Positions 35,336 to 46,193 of a stretch of 64,000 bases of DNA are shown here, piece by piece. Under the pieces are notes generated by a model that saw nothing but the letters and a program-made list of their open reading frames with translations, made no database searches and had not been told where the DNA came from. The DNA is from Williopsis jadinii (taxonomy: Eukaryota): assembly GCA_024346625.1 (NCBI GenBank), contig AP024664.1, forward strand, positions 868,001 to 932,000, given 5' to 3'. Position 1 is the first letter of the stretch. Every line of letters starts with the position of its first letter. The position numbers and the translations under genes were made by a program.

Positions 35336-35717
35336 AACGCTGTAAAGCTTCCGCTATGGCCCATTGTTGCAGTGGAGTAGAATTGCACCCATCGACTGAT
35401 CACAAGAGCATTTCTACAAGCCCACTCAAGAGTTTCGGTCTCAGGGAACCATGACCGATAGGGATACAGATGTAGTTTGGATTTACACCCCAAAGAAAAA
35501 TCGCCGTAGCTAAGCATGTTCGTTACTGGTGCAACCATGTACCATGTCATGCACCTTTATAATTTTCTTTTCTTGACGTGCCTTTGCGCAAAAACAGAAT
35601 AAGCGTAAGCCTTAAAAGGCTCTGCAGAGGCAAAATGCAAGTTAATCCGGCTGTTTACATTTCAACTACAACTCGCTGTAGACTCGTGATGTAATTATTT
35701 ACACGACTGTGGATTCA

Positions 35718-37943
35718 TCATTTCAGAACAGTTTGGAACGTTGTGTTTGCGTCTCCTTTGTCGAGATTAGCCCTTTTAACCTGTCTGTTGTCAGCCTCCA
35801 GGGGTCTTTTGCGGTCATTTTGTGAATTGCAAACCTTTGTAACTGCTGGTTTGAGCTGCTCGTCATAGTTGTCCTGAGGTACAACTCTTCTCTCCTGTCC
35901 CGTGCTCTCTCCTCCGTTGAAGAGACCTGTTGTGTCGTCAATACACACTTTGAACGCCAGATTCTCGTGTTTGTTGTTGTCACTGAAGAGCACAACCACG
36001 TCGTTGTTGAATACAAGGGCCTTTTTACCACGGCCAACTTTTTGATCGTTAATCGAACAACCGTTTGTACTGAAATCAACCAGCCACGTATCTTCCAGAC
36101 CCTGTGCTGGAGATTCGTATAGAGAGTTGCCCACTGGATGTCTTTTCTTTGTGAAGGCGCAATGTACCTTTGATATTCTATCCTCGTTAATTCTTGAATG
36201 GCAAACACTGTTTCTGCCAATAACAAATGGATTTACGCCCTGCGGCACGTATATCGGGCTCTTTATAAACTTATTAGGCAATGGTATTAGTGAGAATCTG
36301 GTTCCAGTAGGTGCTTGTGCCTTTCCAACGTTTTGTAGAGCTTTGCTTTTGATATCCTTCGTTGCCTGTGGTGAAGAGGAGATGATGCTATTGGCAGACA
36401 TCTCCAAAATCGATCCAGCTCTATCGAATGAAGATGAAACTTCAGGGATCGGATTCATGGGTGTAACACGGTGCTGTGTACCCACCTTAGGTTGGGAGTT
36501 AAAGCCTGTGGAAGAAGGTGGAGGCATCGCATGGTTTGAAGGTGAAGGTGGCACTTTGAACATAGCTTCTTCAGGACTGGCGTCATTCGAGTTTTCATGT
36601 ATTCTCGTCTCTAGCCTTTGCTGCTGTGACTGGGATTGTGATAATGAGACTTGCGAATTGCCATCTGCAATCTGTGAATTGCTTGCAATCCACGGATGTT
36701 GCAATGCCATCGCCGCACTCGGTCTCTTTGAGGGATCCACTTGTAGAAGAGAGTCTAGGAAGTCCCTGGCCTGTGAAGAAACTCCAGCTTCCTTTAAAGG
36801 GGGTTCGTGGTATGAGCCTCTGCGTATCTGCTGGTATAACTGTTCCTGGGTGCTCCCACTAAATGGCAGATGAGCAGTGAGAATTACATAGAGAAAGCAC
36901 CCAAATGACCACATATCAACAAGACTCGAATACTTGTTTTCATCTCTTATCTTCATGTGACGGCCATCAATCACCTCTGGTGCAACATATGCCAGTGTAC
37001 CGCAAAATGTCTTCATGAAAGTTGCGTTATCAGAGACTTTCGCAAGCCCAAAATCAGTAATCTTTACAATCACAGGGTCGTCCTGTGCTACCAGCACGTT
37101 ATCTGGCTTTAGATCTCTATGACTGATACCCAAAGAATGGACGTACTTCACAGCTTCCAGCACTTGCCGGCAGATCTCCTTTGCAGCCTCCTCTCCAACG
37201 GATCCATGTGCAGCGACAAAGTCCATCAAATCACCGCCACTGACGAACTCCATCACCAGATAATAGTTGTCTAGATCTTCGTAGAACCCTCTGAGCTTGA
37301 CTATATAAGGGTGGTCTAATCTTCGTAAGATTTCCAGTTCTCTGGTGACGCCCTCAGTGTTGCCCATTATCTTTCTCTTGCTGATGATCTTGACTGCGTA
37401 TGTTTTGCCTGTGCTTCTCTCAACGGCCTTCTTGACAACGGCAAATGCGCCTTGACCAACCACTTCATTCTTTATTGAGAACTCCTTGTGGATTCCTTCC
37501 GTGGCATCGTCAGCCTTTTCATCAATCTTGGGGAAGAATACGATAAACCTTACAACGTCCCTTGGAACACCCACGCCAACGCTTATCTCGTCACCTTGTC
37601 CCAGTATATAGTTCTGACCCTTTACAATCCTCTGCTTGTTGACCCATGTTCCGTTGGTGCTCATATCTTGTATCAGCAGGTTGTTATCACTGCTCCAGAT
37701 CTTGAAGTGCTTATTACTCAGCCTGGAAGTGGCACCGTATACGATGTCGTTCTGCGAATTCCTGCCGAAAGTCCACTGTTTCACGCCATTTCTCTTGATC
37801 TTCAGATCCGTGTTGGGGATCTGGCCGGTAGTGCATATCAACCTACACACCGTTGACGGATCCAGCTGCTCTTGTGAAAAGCTCTCAAACGCAGCCATCT
37901 GTGTAGCCTGTGTGGGCTGTGTGGGCTGAGTAGGCAGCTCCAT
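35718..37943 (-). CDS. RAD53: DNA damage checkpoint kinase Rad53, 741 aa
   Basis: N-terminal TQ cluster, FHA1 (FGRN..SRLSNKHF), kinase domain (GQGAFAVV, HRDLKPDN, DFG), FHA2. Confidence 0.96.
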   Translation of the reverse strand: MELPTQPTQPTQATQMAAFESFSQEQLDPSTVCRLICTTGQIPNTDLKIKRNGVKQWTFGRNSQNDIVYGATSRLSNKHFKIWSSDNNLLIQDMSTNGTWVNKQRIVKGQNYILGQGDEISVGVGVPRDVVRFIVFFPKIDEKADDATEGIHKEFSIKNEVVGQGAFAVVKKAVERSTGKTYAVKIISKRKIMGNTEGVTRELEILRRLDHPYIVKLRGFYEDLDNYYLVMEFVSGGDLMDFVAAHGSVGEEAAKEICRQVLEAVKYVHSLGISHRDLKPDNVLVAQDDPVIVKITDFGLAKVSDNATFMKTFCGTLAYVAPEVIDGRHMKIRDENKYSSLVDMWSFGCFLYVILTAHLPFSGSTQEQLYQQIRRGSYHEPPLKEAGVSSQARDFLDSLLQVDPSKRPSAAMALQHPWIASNSQIADGNSQVSLSQSQSQQQRLETRIHENSNDASPEEAMFKVPPSPSNHAMPPPSSTGFNSQPKVGTQHRVTPMNPIPEVSSSFDRAGSILEMSANSIISSSPQATKDIKSKALQNVGKAQAPTGTRFSLIPLPNKFIKSPIYVPQGVNPFVIGRNSVCHSRINEDRISKVHCAFTKKRHPVGNSLYESPAQGLEDTWLVDFSTNGCSINDQKVGRGKKALVFNNDVVVLFSDNNKHENLAFKVCIDDTTGLFNGGESTGQERRVVPQDNYDEQLKPAVTKVCNSQNDRKRPLEADNRQVKRANLDKGDANTTFQTVLK

Positions 37944-38113
37944 CTCGATTCACCTGCTTTGAACCCGCTCAAGCTCGATCCAACGGCAACTGAACAGTCA
38001 ATTGATGGCACACAAGGGCACAGATCGCAACTTCCACGAAACACCGCTCGCCTTTTCTTTCTTTTTTAGTGAAGCCCTCTTCGATTGTAAAAACTCCTTC
38101 AAAGAAAAAAAAG

Positions 38114-38157
38114 ACGCGTCGTTGAGCGAAACCTAAAAAAAGCCAATTCCGACGCGT
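38114..38157. promoter_or_regulatory. Two MCB elements upstream of RAD53
   Basis: ACGCGT at 38114-38119 and 38152-38157. RAD53 is an MBF target in S. cerevisiae. Confidence 0.7.
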
Positions 38158-38409
38158 TCTCGGAATCGCAGCAAATACAAAACGAGTTCGCGGTGTGGCG
38201 CCATTTTTCGCAAATTGTTGTCGTCATTTCCTGCCGTTCGTTTTCGCAATTTTGTCCCGATGTGTCAAAATTGGCGATAGTCGCAGGGTGATAGTAACGT
38301 ACCACAGTTGTACAGGGATTATTGGCTGGCATTAAAAGCCCAAATGATGGAGGCATTTCGCTCTTCTGCTACCGATTCACGCTCAATTGACCTGCTCACA
38401 CCGTAAAGG

Positions 38410-39554
38410 ATGCCCTTGACGTCTCAGCTTCCAAAGACGATCCCAACATTGGACTTTTCACTGCTCTCTCATGACGAGACTAAGCATCAGTTCTACAAGA
38501 GCTCAGGGATGCGTTGTTCCACCATGGGTTCTTCTACCTCTCGAACGTTCTGCCAGAGGCTGCTTTCCAGGACATCAAGTCCGAATCGCTGAAGTTCTTT
38601 GATATCCCCCTCGAGGAGAAGCTCAAGGTTGCGATGGTGCACTCGAAGCACTTTCTGGGGTATAACGGGCTAGGCGATGAGATCACTGCGAAGAACGTTG
38701 ATTGGAGAGAGCAGGTTGAGTTTGCCACCGAGCTGCCAGAGCCCATCATCACGGATGAAGAGCACTTGTACAAGAACCTGGAAGGCCCAAACCTGTGGCC
38801 ATCTTCTCGCTATCTGCCGTCTTTCAGACCAACAGTCAGTGGGTACATTGACGAGCTCTCTGAGCTCGCACGCACCCTGTCGTCCGCAATAGAAGATGCC
38901 ATTGGCGTTCCAAGTGGTTCTCTGCAAAAGTTCTTCAAGGAAATCCAGCAGGCAAAGCTGAAGATCATCAAGTACCCCGATCTCTCGTCAAGATCAGCAG
39001 ATGTTGCCTCTGTGAAGAGGGAATTTGATAATAGCCAGTTCAAGACTGAGCTGTTCCAAGGTGTTGGCGAGCATCGTGATAATGACTTCTTGACGCTGAT
39101 CTACCAGGCAACACCACATAACAGCCTCCAAGTGAAGGACTATAACGGTGATTGGATCGACGTGCCACCGGTGGAGAACACACTGGTCTTCGCTGTTGGT
39201 ATGACTTTGGAGTACATCACGCAGGGAGTATGTGTCTCGACAGTTCACCGTGTGCTGAGTCCAGTCCCAGGCCAGGGTGATCGTCTCTCTGTATCGTTCT
39301 TCCAGTCCATTGACATCGAGTCCAAGAAGGAGAACGTTGAAATATCCGACGAGGCAAAGAAGCTTGTTGCTGAGCGTGATGCCTCAAGAATCAAGAACAA
39401 GATCGGATTCCAATTCCAAGTAGCTGAGGACAAGCCTGTCGGGTACAGCGTATTCCTCAACCGTATAAAAAGCCATCCAAAAGTTGGTGAAAGATGGTAC
39501 CCGAAGATCAACAAGTGGGTTCTTGAGCAGGTTAAAGAGTCTGCAAACTGTTGA
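38410..39554 (+). pseudogene. 2-oxoglutarate/Fe(II) dioxygenase (DIOX_N + 2OG-FeII_Oxy) with a 1-nt frameshift near 38493 (null allele or assembly error)
   Basis: IPTLDFSLL (frame 1) continues as LQELRDALFHHGFFYLSN in another frame. HRD, HRV and RLS catalytic motifs are intact. Confidence 0.8.
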
Positions 39555-39621
39555 GTTCTATAGTAGCTTGGAAATAAACATTTTATGGTGATATTTATTC
39601 AATCAGTGGGTTACTATCTAT

Positions 39622-42600
39622 TCAAGTCATGATGGTGAAGGACTGTGTAAATCCACCGTTACTGGAGGAAATCACACCGGTAAAATAGAATCCAATCAGC
39701 CCAATCACATAGACCAAGACCAAGATGGAGCCTTTGAAGTAGTTGCTCTTTCCCTCGGCGTAGATATACGTGAAGAGCACAACACTGACGGCACTCGCTG
39801 CAACGTCCCAATTAGGGAAGATCAAGGTAAACATGGATTCACGGACCGACCAGTTGTTGCTGTCGTCCGGGTTAATGAAGAAGAGAGAATAGAGAACCAA
39901 CGATGGAATCTGAAGTAGACACACTTGTAAAGCATACGCAGATCCAATCTCCATGGAAAGTGCAACATTACCATGCATTGCAAACGAAATGGCATTCAAG
40001 AACTCGGTAGTGTTTGGCACGAGTGCAAAGATCGTTATTCCCAAGAACTTGGGATTTATAGGGAAGTCCTGTAGCACCGCATCAACACAATCAACCAAGA
40101 TCTCTGCGATGATCGCATACAGCAGCGTGGCACCCAACAAGACAATGGTGGACTTGGATCTTGACCAGTTTGGAGCATCATGGCCTTGCGGTTCAGCTTG
40201 ATCTGCCGGTGTTGGTTGACCACCACCTTCCACTGAGATCTGCGATGCTGTCAGCTTTGGTTTGGAATCTGTTATTGGAGTACTCCAAATCAATGCAGCG
40301 TGTGTACGTAGAGTGAACCATAGACCGATGGTGTACGCCAGGAACAAGAGAATAGCACAGATGATAGAGAATGGCTTCAAGATGGCACTGAAGAAATAAT
40401 CGATTTGAAGAGGAGGCTGGAAGAAATGACAGTTCTGACATGAGCTCTTTACGCCTATGTCATTGCATGGCGTGCACTTCACCTCGTAGCTTCCATAGAT
40501 TTGATGGAAGACCGTTGGTGCAAACATAACACATATGGAGAACAATAGCATTGTACAAGAAACACTGGCAGAAGCTGGGTTATAACGTTGAGTCTTTCTG
40601 ATAAAGGCACCAGCACACATCGATAATCCTGGTAGTAATAAGACAGCACCCAATATGGATCCAACAAGTGAACCTTCAACCAACAGTCCCTTCCCTTGGT
40701 TTAATGCTACACAGTAGAGGAAGATCTCCACCACTGTGGAAAAGAAGGCATTAATCACCGCACCAACACCCATGGAGGACTGTGCACTGATGGATGCCAC
40801 TGCCTGGCCGATGAAGTATGCCAATGGTATAATTGAGAGGAGACAAAAGGCAAATATCACCGTTTCATCTGTCAATATACTCTCCCATTCAAAGTACTCC
40901 TTGAAGACAAAGAAGTTGACGATTGTCATGATCACAACAAACATCAAGTTTATGAAGAAGATGTTTGTACCCTCCACAGTGTACTTGTAGTAGTGTAAGC
41001 CAAAGCATCTATAGGTACACACTAAGATTGTGGATGCAATGTTACGGTCTGAAGGTAGCAACGTGGAGTCAAACTTGTAAAAAATCGCCAACGGGTGTCT
41101 TCTTAGGTGATCTCCAATCGACTGCAACACCTTAGCCATTGGAATTGTGAAGACCAATAACCAGCAGACCATTCCAATTATCCAAAACAGTGGTTGAATG
41201 ATCAGGTAAAAGTACAGGTAGAACACAACCCTGCCGATGGACCACTCACCACGTCCGAACAGTCTCAACTTACGATCTTGCTGGTCATCGTCATCATCAT
41301 TGGCGTTATCGTCCAATTGGTGTTGTGGGTTATAATCATGAGACTGGACAGATGTGAGGTTCTGTTGACCTCTTGAGTCTGAACCAGTTGGATGAGTGTA
41401 CGAAGAGGAGAAGAACAACTTGCTGTGTTCTTCGTTTCTCCAGCGAACGTATTCACGGATAGTGGTGCCTTCGTTACGATCCTCTGAGAGGTAATTGGAA
41501 TCCCTCTTCAAGTAAACAATCTTACCAAATGGCCACAGTAAATACTTGCCCAAATTGAACAGTACTTTGGCGTATGGGGTCGACCCTGAGACTGCCAAAA
41601 TGGCTGAACCGAACGTACAGAGTATAAAGAATAGCAAGCCAAACGTTGCTGACCAGATAACGTTGGTCAGGTACACCTCCCAGGTTATCTTCTTCTTCGA
41701 AGCACCCGTCTCATGGATGTCCTTATCTGCCTCTCTTTCCACAGAACGCACTTTCTTGTAAAGAGCAGGCTTCCAGATTCTTATACCGAATGGATGTGTT
41801 TCGTTGATGGCATCCTGACGTTCTCTCAACGTGAAGGACCCCTGTGATTGTAACGAAGCAGCATCTGCATCGTCGTCGTCGTCGTCGTCGTCATCTTCAC
41901 CATCGTCATCATCATCTTGTTGTTGTTCTTCGCCTTGCTCCTCGCCTTGTTCTTCTCCTTCCTCGCTGTCCTTGCCTTGCTTCTTGTTAGCATTACCATT
42001 ACCATCGTTCTTATTACTGGCGTCATCGACACTGTCGTCGGCGTGGCTCACCAGGCTCTGCTGGTATTTATCGTGCAGTTTGAACTCAGAGTGTCTTCTA
42101 GCAGGCTCATGTGTGGCCTCCTCATCCTGCTGGGCCTCAACTTCAACTTGTGGGCTGTGATGGCGATGAATATCGCCTTCTCGCTGCTCGAGCTTCGACA
42201 ACGCGTTGTCAGCATTGACCAAGTTCTGAATGACACCCTGTGTCAAGTTTTGCACCTCATCTTTACCGAGGTCTTTCAAGCCCTTGATGGACTTCTTGTA
42301 ACGATAGCGCAACGCATCGTTGTAGCCCTCGAGGTACTCCCGCTCCAAATCACGCTCCAGCTCCTCCACGTCGTCGTCAACAGAGTAGACGTACTTCGTG
42401 GTGCTGTAGCTCGGGGTCTTTTGTATCTGCGGTCTTTTCTTCCTGTGCTTGGCCTTGATGGTGTTGTTTACAGATGATGTCTGGCTATGTGTGTCGTTGC
42501 CAGTGGACACTCCCTGTGCGCCTTGACACGATGAGGAGCCTACAGTACCAGTGGCGTTTGATGCAGAGGGGGTCAGTGACATGTGTTTAGGCAGCTGTGA

Positions 42601-42657
42601 GAGCTGTGCCCTATGCGGATTGATCGTGGGAGATCTCGAATCCTTCGGTGTGGACAT
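39622..42657 (-). CDS. VNX1: Vacuolar monovalent cation/H+ antiporter Vnx1 (CAX family), 1011 aa
   Basis: FTLRERQDAINETHPFGIRIWKPALYKK, alpha-repeats NAFFSTVVE and ALVPNTTEFLNAISFA. Confidence 0.93.
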   Translation of the reverse strand: MSTPKDSRSPTINPHRAQLSQLPKHMSLTPSASNATGTVGSSSCQGAQGVSTGNDTHSQTSSVNNTIKAKHRKKRPQIQKTPSYSTTKYVYSVDDDVEELERDLEREYLEGYNDALRYRYKKSIKGLKDLGKDEVQNLTQGVIQNLVNADNALSKLEQREGDIHRHHSPQVEVEAQQDEEATHEPARRHSEFKLHDKYQQSLVSHADDSVDDASNKNDGNGNANKKQGKDSEEGEEQGEEQGEEQQQDDDDDGEDDDDDDDDDADAASLQSQGSFTLRERQDAINETHPFGIRIWKPALYKKVRSVEREADKDIHETGASKKKITWEVYLTNVIWSATFGLLFFILCTFGSAILAVSGSTPYAKVLFNLGKYLLWPFGKIVYLKRDSNYLSEDRNEGTTIREYVRWRNEEHSKLFFSSSYTHPTGSDSRGQQNLTSVQSHDYNPQHQLDDNANDDDDDQQDRKLRLFGRGEWSIGRVVFYLYFYLIIQPLFWIIGMVCWLLVFTIPMAKVLQSIGDHLRRHPLAIFYKFDSTLLPSDRNIASTILVCTYRCFGLHYYKYTVEGTNIFFINLMFVVIMTIVNFFVFKEYFEWESILTDETVIFAFCLLSIIPLAYFIGQAVASISAQSSMGVGAVINAFFSTVVEIFLYCVALNQGKGLLVEGSLVGSILGAVLLLPGLSMCAGAFIRKTQRYNPASASVSCTMLLFSICVMFAPTVFHQIYGSYEVKCTPCNDIGVKSSCQNCHFFQPPLQIDYFFSAILKPFSIICAILLFLAYTIGLWFTLRTHAALIWSTPITDSKPKLTASQISVEGGGQPTPADQAEPQGHDAPNWSRSKSTIVLLGATLLYAIIAEILVDCVDAVLQDFPINPKFLGITIFALVPNTTEFLNAISFAMHGNVALSMEIGSAYALQVCLLQIPSLVLYSLFFINPDDSNNWSVRESMFTLIFPNWDVAASAVSVVLFTYIYAEGKSNYFKGSILVLVYVIGLIGFYFTGVISSSNGGFTQSFTIMT

Positions 42658-43100
42658 TATCCCTGTGTGTGGTCAGACCTCTTCCTTGAGAGCTCAACTG
42701 GTCGGATTGTCGATCAACAGAGACGAATTGGAGGAGCCACAGTTGAGAGCGAGAGGGTCCTTCAAACTTGCGGAAGTTGCCTAGAGAATCAATATCAAAA
42801 TAGATTAAAGGGGGTTGATCAGTGCACGGTGTGTGTGTGTTTACAAGGGACTGTATGCCTTAAGCTTTCTGTGTACTTTTTCGGTGATCCGTGTGCCTGG
42901 GACCAACGCACGTTTTTTGCATTTTGCCTTTTTGGTATGAGTTCCTTTCTGTTGAGGCAACCAGATGTGTGGAGAATGGCTGGGTTGAGGTTGAAGCAAC
43001 GGTGCTGGGTGGTTTGGACAGCCTAGTGAACCCAGTGTGTAGTGTGATGGGAAGTGTACGGTGATATACTGTGAGACACCGTTGTGACACGCTCTCCATT

Positions 43101-43234
43101 ATGGTCCACCGTGGTCCACCGTGGTCCACTGCGATCATGATCCATGGCGATCATAGCCCACTGCATGATCCACTGCGATCATAATCCACTACGATCATAG
43201 TCCATTACGATCATAATCCACTGCGATCCACTGC
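43101..43234. repeat. Compound minisatellite: 10-bp GTGGTCCACC x3 grading into ~16-bp TCCACTGCGATCATAA x~6
   Basis: Visible tandem degenerate units in the VNX1/KRE1 divergent intergenic region. Confidence 0.85.
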
Positions 43235-44006
43235 TTACTGTAACCGCTCTTTCTATGGTCACCGTGCGTTGTATAAAACTACACAGAACCGTGGTGAAAG
43301 AATCACACATGGTGTTTATACCTTCAGTTGCTCTCTTTTCAACATTCCCACAGTAACGGAGCTATGTTGGACGCGTTTTCTTAGGTACATTCTAGATGCG
43401 CTTCGAAGGTTAACTCCACGCAATACAAACCACCTCGCCATAACAATCCCCTAACCTTTGAGGACATCTAATGCACTGCATAATACAAAACACCACTTGT
43501 AACTATATAAAAACCTTACATCACAAAGTTTTGATGTTACTTGCAATCCTATAAATTTTTACACAACCCATTTTGGCACAAAAAGTTGCAAAAGCTCTTC
43601 ACGCAAATTTGTCTCGCTCTCTTTTTCGTGCTAAAAAAAGAAAAAACAATCCGATTTGGTCTGATTTTCGTTCTTTTTTCTTTTTTCGCTCTGCAATTTC
43701 GAGGCTGCGACTAACAAGAAAAAAAAACACACACACGCACAGACTTTTGTCTTCCGTTAAGGGATCAACAAACTACTCGTTGTACCATTCATTTCAATAA
43801 AACAGGACATTGCAAAGTATCTGTGTTTCTCGCTCGTTCTGTTCAAAGACTTTTCGTATATTCTCTCATAGGAGCTCAACTGGGTCCGTGTTGTCGTCGT
43901 TATTACCAGCTTTTCTCCCGCTTTCTAGGCCTTTCTTCCTTGCTTTCGACCGGGATCACAACAAACTCTTGCTGTCTCTTTCCATCATCACATCACGACG
44001 ATTCCA

Positions 44007-44960
44007 ATGAACAAGTTGTTTTGTATTCTGTTATGCTTACTGGCATTTGTTAGTGCTGATACATACACAAGTAAGTTGCACTGTTTTCTGTTCTCCTGGT
44101 GCCTGTGCGGTCAACCAGTGGCAGTGTCCGAGTACTAATAATCCTGCACAGCCGTCATAACAACCACGAACATTGATGGTATCACAGTAACGCTCACACA
44201 GACTATAACCAGCGACACAACTACTGGTACCACCACCCCTACTACCACGGGTACAACTACTGGTACAACTGGTACTACTACTGGCACAACTGGTACAACT
44301 GGTACAACTGGTACAACTGGTACAACTACCGGCACCACCACTGGTACAGCAACTGGTACAGCAACCGATCTTGCTACCTACACAAGTGAGTATAACTCTG
44401 TTCAATGATGAACTGCCATATACTAATCAACTTCATCAGCTGTCATCACTACGACTAACATCAACGGTGTTACTGTGACGCTAACAGAGACTATCACTAC
44501 TGCTACTGATACTGCTACTGGCACAACTACTGGCACAACTACTGGTACCACCACCGGCACAGCCACTGGTACCACCACTGGTACGACAACTAAAACAGGA
44601 CTGGGTACACGTACCACCACCGCACTTACAACCAACGCTGATACAGGTTCGGCTCCAAACCCAACTTACACCTATTCTGATGCAACTACAACTTATATCA
44701 CATCATCTGCATGGACCTCTATCTGGGTCACTGTTACCTATTCAGATGGTGGTGTCGCCACAGTGCAAACCACATATTCACAGAGATTCACATCCTTCTG
44801 GTCCACTATCGCAACGCCTTCAGAGGGATCCATTGGACTGGGCACCTTATCGGGAACCGTGGGTATCGTCAAAACAAGTGCCTACACAACAATCACGAAC
44901 GGTGTTCAAGGTGCAATTGGAACAAGTCTTGTGATGTTGCTTGGGTTGTTGCTGTTGTAA
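44007..44960 (+). CDS. KRE1: Kre1-like Thr-rich GPI cell-wall protein; join(44007..44070,44152..44385,44440..44960), 272 aa
   Basis: Signal peptide MNKLFCILLCLLAFVSA; introns GTAAGT..TACTAAT..CAG and GTGAGT..TACTAAT..CAG; KRE1 domain WVTVT..TTYSQRF..GSIGLGTLSGTVG; hydrophobic GPI signal; adjacent to VNX1 as in S. cerevisiae. Confidence 0.9.
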
Positions 44961-45119
44961 GCGCTTTTCTTTGGTTCTTTCTTTGGTTCGGGTTTATCTA
45001 TATACATAAACAACAGTTTCGGTTTCTACTGCGTAGATCTACAACAGTACAAAGGGGCGGTAAAGAGAAGAGAGTACGAAAAAGCATAGCTATTCCCATA
45101 ATCAAATCGTATATAAGGA

Positions 45120-45740
45120 TTAGATCATCATCATTGGCTTTGGGTTTCTTTGGTCAGCGCCCTTGTGCGAGAAGAACTCGATCAAATCATCCGTCTTGAG
45201 CACCTCCTTGAACTTCTCACCAACGCTGAACAAGTTCTTCTTGTTGGTTGACTTGGTCCATAGGGCAACTCTGTACACCATCTTTCTGTTACTGAACACA
45301 ATACCGTTCACCTCGTTCTCATCGTCCTGCAACATCTCACCAATAAGCGCCAAGCAGGTCTTGAGCCAGATGTCGTTGATGTCGACGTTGTATTTCTCGT
45401 TGAAACTGAAGGTGAACTTACCACCTTCGGAGTTCTGGACATCTTCCCACTCCGGTCTGATTCCCTCTCTGAACAAGTGATAATCAGCCTTTAGTGGCAA
45501 CTCCCCTGGCTGTGGGATGGAGTTGAAGATTCCCCAGAACTCCTCCACGGTGGAGAAGGTGATCACAGGCTTCAGCAGGTCCGCCCACGACTCGCTGGAG
45601 TCCTTGCTCTGCGATTTCGTATACCATAGTGTCCAGCTCGAGTTGAGCGGATGCTTGACGTCAAACTCGGTCTTGCTGTCGACGACGGTTTGCGATTCCA
45701 AGGACAGCTCCTTTGTTGCTTGGGCCAATTCTTCAGACAT
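45120..45740 (-). CDS. CDC33: Translation initiation factor eIF4E, 206 aa
   Basis: KHPLNSSWTLWY, TVEEFW, DYHLFREGIRPEWED. Confidence 0.96.
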   Translation of the reverse strand: MSEELAQATKELSLESQTVVDSKTEFDVKHPLNSSWTLWYTKSQSKDSSESWADLLKPVITFSTVEEFWGIFNSIPQPGELPLKADYHLFREGIRPEWEDVQNSEGGKFTFSFNEKYNVDINDIWLKTCLALIGEMLQDDENEVNGIVFSNRKMVYRVALWTKSTNKKNLFSVGEKFKEVLKTDDLIEFFSHKGADQRNPKPMMMI

Positions 45741-46025
45741 GTGGATCGTGTTTACTGTGTGGGTGTTTCAGATGAGCTTGGAAACAAAACAAATGGGAGA
45801 CGTGATATGAGGGAAGGGTTATAAAGTACAAAACGAAACGAAAAAAAAATGTGTTATAGAAAACAGAGGGAAAAGTAAACAAAATTTGATCAAAATCCAC
45901 AAGGACTAGAAAAAAAACCTAATATTACGCCGATTTCGTTTTCTGGACGGAAATGGGAAAATTTTTCGTCCAACGACAAGATGGGGACAGAACTCTATTT
46001 CCGGGGCGCGAGGGTGGTCGGAAGC

Positions 46026-46070
46026 GGTGTCTGGGTGACTAGGTGTCTGGATGACTAGGTGTCTGGGTGT
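46026..46070 (-). promoter_or_regulatory. Three tandem Rap1-type sites (16-bp repeat GGTGTCTGG(G/A)TGACTA)
   Basis: Units at 46026, 46042 and 46058; the third reads ACACCCAGACACC on the CDC33 strand, ~300 bp upstream of its ATG. Confidence 0.7.
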
Positions 46071-46193
46071 TGTGCCTACGTAAGCACTTGCAGCTCACCC
46101 TTCGTTACAGCACAGTTGATGGAGGCAGTACAACACCACACGACTCGCTGACGGCCCGTTCACCACCTGTTTCTGCCGCTGGATCTGACTCTG

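Noticed and set aside
36127..36873. 248-aa plus-strand ORF
   Set aside because: Antisense shadow of RAD53.
43101..43234. Repeat arrays (also 29831-29894) as CRISPR-like
   Set aside because: Units are directly tandem with no unique spacers; eukaryotic context and no cas genes.
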